Positions 51,348-61,020 of a DNA stretch of 64,000 bases are shown piece after piece. Under the pieces are notes generated by a model. It was not told where the DNA came from. It ran no database searches and saw only the letters and a program-made list of their open reading frames with translations. Origin of the DNA: Klebsormidium nitens (lineage: Eukaryota > Plantae > Klebsormidiophyceae). The stretch covers positions 12,986 to 76,985 of the forward strand of contig DF237388.1 in assembly GCA_000708835.1 (NCBI GenBank), given 5' to 3'. Position numbers and translations under genes: made by a program. Numbering within the stretch: position 1 is the first letter of the stretch; the number at the start of each line of letters is the position of its first letter.

Positions 51348-52249
51348 TCTGGTCTCAAACGGTACGCTTCCAAGTTAGACACCCGGAACCCTAATCTGTG
51401 ACCCCTAGACACGCGATGCCAGAAGGAGGATTTTCTTTCCTTACAATCCTCGGCTCCGTATACTATTACAAGAGAATGCAGGAACACAGGCACCGCCTTC
51501 CTTTGGAATCAGCTCAGAAAGAAGTTGGAGCATGGCTGAGAAAGCGCAAATAAGGCCCGGCCGGCTTGGTGTGGAAGTTGTTGCCAGCGTGGCGCATTAC
51601 GGCCTTCCGATTGGACACAAGATGAACTTCATACTAGCGGCCAGTACGTTCCGAAATTTTCCAGCCCTAGTTGCGAAATGATGGGGATCCCCCTACATCG
51701 AGTACGGAACTGCCATTGTGACTTTTGAAAGGGGTTCAACCATCGTCTCTTTTCCGCATCTTTGAGGTAACGGCTTGGTCCTGATGAAGCATCTCTCATC
51801 TTAGTGCGGCGCTCACGACAGACTGCAATCAGCTAGCGATATTCTTGGCGGTGACTGATTGGCGTGGCAGCCGAACTATAATCTATGTACGTCCAATCAA
51901 ACTGAGAAACGAGGTGAAACCGGCACATGCAGTGGTCAGGGATCCCCGTTGACCGTCTCTGTACCCAGCGCGCTCTTCCGCCAGCTACGTGCCGCTACGC
52001 AAATCTCTCAGTCCCTCTGCAGGTCGGCCGGGCGAATCTACAACAATTTGCACCGCCTTGGAATTGCAGAACAACGGCAGCTCCCAACACTTAGTGTGAC
52101 GTTTGCCCTAAAGCCTCAGCTATAAAGCGGCAATACGATCAGAGAACGAAGCGGAAACTCTGTCGCCTATGCAGCAGCCATGGAAAACCTGGAAGCGCCC
52201 TCTTGCAGAAACCAGAGTTCTGTATTATATGCTGAGTTTCGCTTCCCTT

Positions 52250-52269
52250 NNNNNNNNNNNNNNNNNNNN
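52250..52269. other. Assembly gap (20 N)
   Basis: Run of N seen directly. Confidence 0.99.
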
Positions 52270-53517
52270 ACGCCATACGCGCGCGGACAATATACTGGGA
52301 CGAGTTCGATATGAAGATTCATAGACTCGAATCGTCACACTTAGTGCGTCTTAAACTGCGCCAGGCCGCCTTGTAGTTGAGAACTCCTTAGTTTAGCTGC
52401 AGAATCCGGCTTTTGTTGAGAACTCTGGGTCTCGCTTGGATGCCATCATTGCAGTGACTTGTTTGAGCGCTCCAGGTTGGTCCAGGCAATTCTACAATTC
52501 CGTCTGGGCACTTTGGCATACGAGGGGTAATTGCAGACACAAGAAGGCTCTGCAGATCTACGCTCAGCAAGGATTGTGAAAGTACAGTCCGTGGCCACAA
52601 CAAGGGAGTCCCGAACGCTGCCTATGATTGGAAGTAGGCCAGGCACTGCGATTGTCACAGCCTCAGAGGTAAGGGGCGCTGTACCAGAATGGATTGCCGG
52701 CCCGTTGACTTTTTAACTCATCTCATTGCTTTTATGTGATCATCCTTGTAAAGCCCTACTAGGTCAGGTGTTCGCTTTGTAAGGAACATCGTTTCCAAAA
52801 TCTCGTGGCTCACAAGACAAGGGCATGAAAACCCTGTTGTTTTTCTTGAAAAATTGTGTCCACATATCTGTGACAAAGCCCGGATGATAAAGGAAAGATG
52901 ATACTCCCCTCGGGACAGCTTTTCAATCTGTGACAGGTTGACTTTCTGTAACCAGTGGTTCTACCCAAGGGGGACGACCTCTGGTTGAATTTAATGCAGG
53001 AGTCGCATATCCCAAAAGTCGTCAATTGATTAGGCTTCCTATGTTGGCTAGATGCGCGTTCTGGGCTCGTGAGACTGACCAGGAACGAAAGGTCAACCGT
53101 TAGTTAGAAACGAGCTAGTTTTGGACCGACTGCAATTGCTCAAGAGAACCGCACTAGGGCCACTCAACGCTGTACTGGACTGATTGGACTCTGTTTGTGA
53201 GAGGAGGCCTGATATGGACGTCTCATAAAGACCCTCTTCCTTCTCATCTCTTTCTGTGAGACTTGCTTCCCGCTTGCAAGCGTTTCCTGACAGTTAACCG
53301 ACCGTTTTTCTGGCGGTTCACGAGGGTCGATTACGGGCTGGTTCGAAGCTGGTTCTACTGATTTCAGTGACCAGCCTCGAGCAGGGACCAGACTCTTCAC
53401 ATGGTCACAACTAGTCTGGATATTGGCTGAAGAACCAGACTCAAGTCTGGTTATCCAGCCTGATTAGCACGCTAACCCTTCCTGTGTTGATTCGATGCAG
53501 CTTTTGGAACTACAGGA

Positions 53518-53564
53518 ATGGGCTGCTCTTGCTGTCTCTCCTGGGGGAGGCGGCAAAACCCGAG
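53518..53564 (+). CDS. Candidate leader exon of paralogue 1 encoding MGCSCCLSWGRRQNP(R), a myristoylation/palmitoylation-like signal
   Basis: ATG in good context (gga ATG g). The exon ends in phase 2 at AG|GTGAAG, matching the phase-2 acceptor at 54246 (intron 53565-54246). No transcript evidence; other donors such as GTAAGT at 54058 exist. Confidence 0.4.
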
Positions 53565-54247
53565 GTGAAGGCCGACGTGAATGTTTCGAAGCCCATTTCG
53601 CGGTCACTTTTCCGATTGGTAGATATGTTGGTTCAGCATCTCAGACCTCAGGTCTTTGCGGTATATTAGCTGTTGAGTATCTCAAAGCTCAAAGCATGGT
53701 TCCGGATCTTGGACCATTTACGAAGAGGAAGAGGACACAGCATCAAACGGACAACGGCTTACGATTGCAAAGAACTCGACAGTGGGGTGTTTGACGCTTA
53801 TAGAACTTTAAAGTGGTCGAGCTTACATTCGAAGCCGCAAAGTCCAGAAGGGAGGCTCGCCTCTTGATTTGGCTGTTACGAAAGTCCTCGTTAAGGACGT
53901 CTTTGAATTCGTGTCGAAACGCGCTTCAGATTGTTCTGCAAACCGTCAGATTCACACACCTGGTTGCAGAGTAAGATACGTTTGCGCGTCCATTGCACTA
54001 CATAATGAATTTATAGTTGAGCCCTGTAGAAAGGGTGAGAGTAAAAGGTCTGGAGGTGTAAGTGAGAGGTACGAACAAGAAGCGCTGCCAAGAGGGACTA
54101 GTTGCAAAACCCAGGCAGTGCGTCCCAACTGCGAAAGCCAAGAATGATGATCTAGAATTTCGAAGCCAGAGCGCGACGCTATCTTCAATTCAAGTCGCCA
54201 GGTGTCTCCGTCCACCACTCTGATTTACCCATTTCACATCTTGCAGA

Positions 54248-55321
54248 ATGGATGCGTCTCTAGTGCAGACAATCGCGTCCCTGGATATGAACACCAGCAA
54301 CATGAGCCTGGCCCAGAGTTACGGCCTGGCCATCCAGACCGATTCTTGGGAGGACACCGCCCGCACCAAGAACAGCTGCTGGGGCCCCAACATTGCTGAC
54401 CTCACCCTCCACGTGGCGGGCTCCCGTCTCCCGATGATCCGCAAGCCCAACTTCGCTGACGTCACCGCTGACGTCCCAATGAGCTTCTTCAGCGTGACCA
54501 CCGGCAACGAGAAACCCGCTGGAGCCCTCAAGCGGGTCAGCTTTAAGGACTACGTAACCGAGACCCTGGGTCTGCCTAACCTGATTCTTAACCGCGATGA
54601 CGTCTTGCTGGCGTCAGCGCATGCGTGCGTGTTGCCATGCGGCGTCGGCGGCGAGACTGAGTTTTGCCCGCAGCTCTTCAGCTACCAGGCGCGCCCGGAC
54701 GACCCCGCCATTCTAGTTTTCGTTGCGAGCTCCCAGGAGACGTCAGCCCACGTCATCACCGGGGCTGCCGACAAGCTGCTCTTCAACCGCGGCGGCGCGG
54801 CCGCAATGTTCCTAGCGAAGCGCCTGTCGCAGGAGCGGCGCGAGCGCGGGGTTTCGGAGGCGGGCGCGATGACGGATGACGAACTAGATCGGAACGCGAT
54901 CCTCCTGTTCCAGATTCCGCTCAAACAGCGGTCCGAAGCTACCGGCTTCGTTAGACCATACATCCCCATTGCAACTGGAAGCCGCCGCCGCGCCTCCCCG
55001 CTTGCGGGCCTGGAATTCGCGACGCTGCGCGCGTCCGAAAAAACCTACGGCCCCTTCCGAGGTTTGGCAAGGTTTAAGCTCGAACGCAACGCGCGCTTCC
55101 CGATCCGCGTCACGTTCCAAATGTATACGGTGACGGACGATCCGGTTCTGAAGGAGAGCCAAATAAAAAGTCTGGCGGACAAAATCGAAAAGGTGTACGT
55201 GCGCGGCAAGGAGACGGGGAGTCTGGTGACCAACACAACGAACCGCGCAACGGAGCCGCGCCCGCTCGGGAGCGTGATGGGAGCGGAGCAGATGCCGTCC
55301 TTTAACCTGCGTGCGGAATAG
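54248..55321 (+). CDS. Uncharacterised ~357-aa protein, paralogue 1 of 3 (intact, domain in a single exon)
   Basis: Open GC3-rich ORF immediately after a 3' splice site (cacatcttgcag|a ATG). Motifs WEDTARTKNSCWGPNIADLTL, IRKPNFADVT, GNE, QLFSYQ, LLFNRGG, FQIPLK and FPIRVTFQMY. Two paralogues lie at 56225-57341 and 59924-61020. Confidence 0.85.
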   Translation: MDASLVQTIASLDMNTSNMSLAQSYGLAIQTDSWEDTARTKNSCWGPNIADLTLHVAGSRLPMIRKPNFADVTADVPMSFFSVTTGNEKPAGALKRVSFKDYVTETLGLPNLILNRDDVLLASAHACVLPCGVGGETEFCPQLFSYQARPDDPAILVFVASSQETSAHVITGAADKLLFNRGGAAAMFLAKRLSQERRERGVSEAGAMTDDELDRNAILLFQIPLKQRSEATGFVRPYIPIATGSRRRASPLAGLEFATLRASEKTYGPFRGLARFKLERNARFPIRVTFQMYTVTDDPVLKESQIKSLADKIEKVYVRGKETGSLVTNTTNRATEPRPLGSVMGAEQMPSFNLRAE

Positions 55322-56224
55322 CTTGGGAGGGAACGGAACGGAGCAGTTGTCATGGGAAGAAGAGCGGCAGCTTTGCAAGTAAATCTTAGGGGGCCGCTCA
55401 GGAGATACGGATTTTTACTGGACCCGTCGATAAATCAAGTGAAAGATAGTGGTTTGTACGATAAGCAAGGAAACAGGCCCGCCGTGCACGTTCTTAGGGG
55501 CGTAAGATCTAAGCAGCTAAGCATTCATAGTATGCCGTTGAAAACCCGTTAAACACCAACCTCAAGCATCGTGGGTGGCACTGCGGACGACGATGCAGAC
55601 TTATGAAAGTTCAATAAGTAGTATACATAGGGTATATATAACGACGGCAGGTTTTGGGACCATAAAATTTGACTCCATCTTAGTCTTAAAAACCAAATCT
55701 TGATCGAAAGCAAAACGGTTTCGTTCGAAAGCCCCAGAATGAGACCGTCTTGGATAGATATGGACGCAGATAGCAAAAGGGTCTCAAAAGCCAGTAACCT
55801 CGGGAAACTGTTTTCGAAACCAGAGACTATATCTCTGATTTCAAAAGGATTCTCGTATATAGTGAAACATTAAAATGGAGGTTCAAATAAGAGAAAGAGA
55901 GCAGCAGTGTGACGCGCATGTTTTTCGAGCCTTCGGTCAGAGCCAAACAGCACACGATGCACAATGCACATGAGCTCAAAAACCTTCCAGTTCGTGACTC
56001 AAATTCAACTAGTCACGTCCACCAGTTGCATATGTTTTCCAGCAAGTGTGCAGCGCTTGTCGATCCCTTGAGCACTAATTTCCAAGATCACCACCTCACA
56101 CACATCTTAACTTGCTTCTGTCGACTCGATCTAATACGTATCTTCTATTTCCATTATTGGTTCTTTCAAGAAACTTATCGACCAGGGTCGCCCCTCATCC
56201 AACCAGCGGCTGCTCCTTCAGACG

Positions 56225-57347
56225 CTAAAAGTTGAAGAGCGGCATCTGCTCCGCTCCGGTGACGCTTCCGAGCGGGCGCAGTTTCGTCACGCGGTTCGTC
56301 GTGTTCGTCACCAGACTCCCCGTCTCCTTGCCACGAGCGTACACCTTCCCAATCCTCTCCGGCAGACTTTTTATTTGGCTCTCCTTCAGAACCGGGTCGT
56401 CCGTCACCGTATACATCTGGAACGTCACGCGGATCGGGAAGCGCGCGTCGCGCTCGAGCTTGAACCCTTCCAAACCCCGGAAGGGGCCGTAGGTTTGGTC
56501 GGACGCGCGTAGCGTCGCGTACTCCAGGCCCGCGAGCGCGGCCTCGCGGATGCGCTCGTCGGGAGCGGCACCCGGCATCTCGCAGGCGCCAGCGAACACT
56601 GACATCTCACAGCATTCGTCACAATCCGAGTCGTACCGCCATTCAGGCGCCGGGCGCTGCTTGAGCGGGATCTGGAACAGGAGGAGCGCGTTCCGATCTA
56701 GTTCGTCGGCCGTCATCGCGCCCGCCTCCGAAACCCCGCGCTCGCGCCGGTCCTGCGACAGGCGCTTGGCTAGGAACATTGCGGCCGCGCCGCCGCGGTT
56801 GAAGAGCAGAGCTCTTGTCGGCAGCCCCGGTGATGACGTGGGCTGACGTCCCCTGGAAGCTCGCAACGAAAACTAGAATGGCGGGGTCGTCCGGGCGCGC
56901 CTGGTAGCTGAAGAGCTGCGGGCAAAACTCAGTCTCGCCGCCGACGCCGCATGGCAACACGCACGCATGCGCTGACGCCAGCAAGACGTCATCGCGGTTA
57001 AGAATCAGGTTAGGCAGACCCAAGGTCTCGGTTACGTAGTCCTTGAAGCTGACCCGCTTGAGGGCTCCAGCGGGTTTCTCGTTGCCGGTGGTCACGCTGA
57101 AGAAGCTCATTGGGACGTCAGCGGTGACGTCAGCAAAGTTGGGCTTGCGGATCATCGAGAGACGGGAGCCCGCCACGTGGAGGGTGAGGTCAGCAATGTT
57201 TGGGCCCCAGCAGCTGTTCTTGGTGCGGGCGGTGTCCTCCCAAGAAACGGTCTGGATGGCCTGGCCGTAACTCTGGGCCAGGCTCCTGTTGCTGGCGTTA
57301 CAGTTCAGGGACGCGATCTCACGAACTAGAGGCGACTCCATTTTCAC
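56225..57347 (-). pseudogene. Paralogue 2 of the uncharacterised family, frameshifted by a 4-bp insertion near 56808-56815
   Basis: About 98% identical to paralogue 1 over roughly 430 nt by eye. Copy 1 gacaag-ctgctcttc versus copy 2 gacaagAGCTctgctcttc. The downstream half continues in another frame to TAG at 56225. Acceptor ttctctgccag|GTG AAA ATG. Confidence 0.75.
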
Positions 57348-58131
57348 CTGGCAGAGAATGGAAAGCGCTGTCGAAGGTTGAAGGGCGCGAACTTTTTCTT
57401 GGAAATGTTCTCCCTTTACTGTTGTTTGGCGTGCGAAACAGAAAGGAGTCCAAGGACACAGACAACGGTGAAGCTCCTGCAGAATTGCAGAACTTCCAAT
57501 ACGACATCGGACAAGCAGAAGCCTAATTTCGATCACGAAGGTTCCCGAGGCGTCTCTGGATTTATCACGTTGGCATGGTTTGATCTGCTTTCCAGTTGTG
57601 TGTTTGTAGCATACGAAGCTCCGCCAAAGTCTATGCACAGCGGAATCTGAGCTCAGAACAGGAGCAAGCTACCTCTTTTTATGAAATTATAGAAAGGCCA
57701 CAGAGTGCTGCTAGAATGACTCATGCCTGTGCCGAGCGGGGGTTTCTATCTGCGAAACTGAAAGAGGTAACCAATCCTCCGAGCTTTCGGGAGAAGCTGT
57801 GACCATTTGACGACACTGATCTCAAATCTGTTAATTTTAATCTTTTCCCATTTTGTCGTTCTTCTCCCTTTCAAGAGTCTAATCCGTCGTTAAGAACTTC
57901 AGTCTCAAGCTTGTGGCAAATCACTTCACATAAATCAAGTGTTCTCAAGCTCTTTACAACATGATCTTTGAACAAACTCCCTCAAGAAGATTCCGAGTCT
58001 TCGTCTCAACGTGTAAGCCTCGAAAGGTTCCTCTTGCGACAAATCAGCACCGACTCTAGATTCCTGAAGCAGGGACATAAGAGCAGCTGAAAAACGACAA
58101 AAGGTTGAACAAAATTTTTGTGTGCACTTAC

Positions 58132-58299
58132 CGTGGTCCTGTATGCTGAAGCTCCTTGTCCGGAAGGGGTGGCGTTCAAGACTCCCTGTAGTGTGAGCGC
58201 GGGGTTTGCTTTCACGATAAACCTCCTGGCTGCAGTAGACGGTCTTACAGCTTTTGGTAAAAGGGATTTGCTCAGCAAGCGCAGACTTTGAAAAGACAT
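58132..58299 (-). CDS. Candidate leader exon of paralogue 2 encoding a transit-peptide-like sequence (MSFQSLRLLSKSLLPKAVRPSTAARRFIVKA...)
   Basis: 56 codons, rich in Ser/Arg/Lys/Ala/Leu with no acidic residues and a VKA-type cleavage motif. It ends ACG|GTAAGT in phase 0, matching the phase-0 acceptor at 57348 (intron 784 bp). Confidence 0.6.
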
Positions 58300-59923
58300 T
58301 GTGGCCGCCTTCAAACCTCACAGCAGTAGGCCCGCTTCACCAAACAGAGTGATCTGGCGTAGTAGTGAGAGTTTTGACACTTTTCGAGGTCAAGAGTCGC
58401 GTCAGCAGTGACGTTTCCGCGCGGAGGGCACACGCAGACGTGTTTGAGCAATCACAGCCGTCGATTCACAAGCTGTGCGGCTGATCGACGGCTGTCAGGT
58501 TGTTGGGTAGAGTTGGGAGAGCGGGGTTTCACGGCTGACAACTTAGGAATTGGAAGGCCAACATACACCCTCAAGCCGCTTGCATCATAGCGCCCATACT
58601 GAGTATCTAGATGCAGGAGAAGAGGTTGCAGTACCTCAGGAACCTGCGAAGTGCACCTGACGTCTCACAACAGCTTCCAAATTTCGCCGTCGATTCTGCA
58701 CAGCGTGCATTGACGGCTATCGATTGCTCAGGCACGTCCCTCCATGACCTCAGGTCACGTTACTGCTGACACGGCAAACCTGGCATCCGAGTAGCCGACG
58801 GCCGTGCTGTCACGACCTTCTTTTGTGACACTCACATCGCTCCAAATTCCAATCCTCGATCAGCTTTGCAGCCGGGTAAACTACAGCGCATGGGTCAGTC
58901 AGTAACGGCTGTGAAAGTGAAGGAGCTTCTGAAGGTGGTGTCCACAATCAGCCTGACAAAGCCTGCGCTTGCTAAGGGACCTAGTCACCAGAAGATCTGC
59001 ACATGACGGTGCAGCGAGGAAGTTTGAAGCGCTCACAAAACTGGGGGTTCAGGTTCAAGTTCTGATCGCCGCCCGTTCCTGGAATAAGGAAGCAAATTTG
59101 CCCGGCAAACAAGCACAAAGGTAAGGGGACTTCACCAGAGCTAGCCTAAAGTTTGTTTAACCTTCTGACGCTTTTCATCCGCTTGTATGCCGATTTTGAT
59201 TGTGAAAGCCCAGGTCAGTGCTCCTGCGTTGCACGAAACATGTAACTAGAAATGTATTGGCTTGCACAAGACCAAGACGAGTCTTTCTTCCTTGAAAGAC
59301 TTTGTTCAAGAGTTCCGTAACAAGGCCTGAGGACGATCGTCTTTGCACAGCAGCGGTCTGAAGTCACATCGCGATGTAGTGTACGGTTTTGTTCATGAAA
59401 AGGAAGACGAAATACAAGATGAGCAACGTGAAGAATCACAAATTCTGAGTCGTCAATTGGTCACAACTTCGAATTTCTCTCAATGCAAGGATTATTGTCT
59501 ACTTCTTGCTCCTGGCAGCGGTAGCTTGGAGGTATCTACTCTCGCAGCGCTTTGTCTCCGGCTTTCTGACTTGACAATTGACATTGCATTCAAACTTGAC
59601 CATGTCTTCCGATCGGGTTCCGCTATCATTTGTCATGGACGTTTTGTACCTTGCATTGGAACAAGTTGTCTCTTTTCTTGAAATCCTGGACAAATGCAGT
59701 CACTAGACGAACATTTCAAACCTAATAAGCAGCCAAAGACGTCTCGAGAATCTCAGTCACCAGAATCGGCGTATAACATGACCACTTCTTCCTCGTTTGT
59801 GCCAGGACTCACAATAGCTTCACCTTATGTGTCCCTCTGAAACCCCTGGATCTCAAGAGGGAGAGGAGTAATCCGCCAGGTGGCTTCACCTCATCAAATA
59901 CTCGTCCACATCTGCAGATAACA

Positions 59924-61020
59924 ATGGACTCGTCTCTAGTTGAAGAGATTGCGTCCCTGGAGGATCTCGCCAGCAACATCAGCCTGGCCCACAGTTACGG
60001 CCTGGCCATCCAGACCGTTTCTTGGGAGGACACCGCTCGTACCAAGAACAGCTGCTGGGGGCCCAACATTGCTGACCTCACCCTCCACGTGGCCGACTTT
60101 GATCTCCCGATGATCCGCAAGCCCAACTTCGCTGACGTCACCGCTGACGTCCCAATGAGCTTCTTCAGCGTGACCACCGGCAACGAGAAACCCGCTGGAA
60201 ACCTAAAGCGGGTTAGCTTCAAGGACTACGTAACCGAGACCCTGGGTCTGCCTGACCTGATTTTGGACCGCGATGGCGTCCTGCTGGCGTCAGCGCAGGC
60301 GTGCGTGCTGCCCGGTGCGGCGTCAGCGGCGAGACGGAGTTCTGCCCGCAGCTCTTCAGCTACCAGGCGCGCCCGGACGACCCCGCCGCTCTAGTTATCA
60401 TGGCGAGCTCCCAGGGGACGTCAGCCCACGTCATCACTGGAGACGACGACAAGCTGCTCTTCAACCGCGGCGGCGCGGCCGCGATGTTCCTAGCGAAGCG
60501 CCTGTCGCAGGACCGGCGCGAGCGCGGGGTTCCGGAGGCGGGCGCGATGACAGACGACGAACTAGATCGGAACGCGCTTCTCCTGTTCCAGATCCCGCTG
60601 AAGCAGCGCCCGGCGCCCAAACGGCGGTACCATTCTGGGTATGAAAGCGCCAAATGCAGTTTCAGAGGCGGCGCGGCGGCCGGGTCCGCGCGCAAAGCAT
60701 GCAAACACGCGCGCGATGCCTCCCCGCGCGCGGGCCTGGAGTACGCGACGCTGCGGGCGTCGGACAAAACGTGCGGCCCCTTCCGGGGTTTGGGAGGGTT
60801 TAAGCTCGAGCGCGACGCGCGCTTCCCGATCCGCGTCACGTTCCAGATGTATACGGTGACGGACGACCCGGTTCTGAAGGAGAGCCAAATAAAAAGTCTG
60901 GCGGACAAAATCGAAAAGGTGTACGCGCGTGGCGAGGAGGCGGGGAGTCTGGTGACGAACATAACGGAGCGCGCTACAGAGCCGCGCCCGCTCGCGAGCT
61001 CCGCCGGAGGGGAGCTCTAG
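59924..61020 (+). pseudogene. Paralogue 3 of the uncharacterised family, frameshifted near 60313-60315
   Basis: Copy 1 ttg cca tgc ggc versus copy 3 ctg ccc GG tgc ggc (+2 nt). The homologous reading continues in ORF 60301-61020. Acceptor cacatctgcag|ATA ACA ATG. Confidence 0.75.

Noticed and set aside
60301-60320. Programmed ribosomal frameshifting to rescue copies 2 and 3
   Set aside because: The two lesions are at different sites, need different shifts and lack slippery heptamers. Pseudogenisation or sequencing error is simpler.
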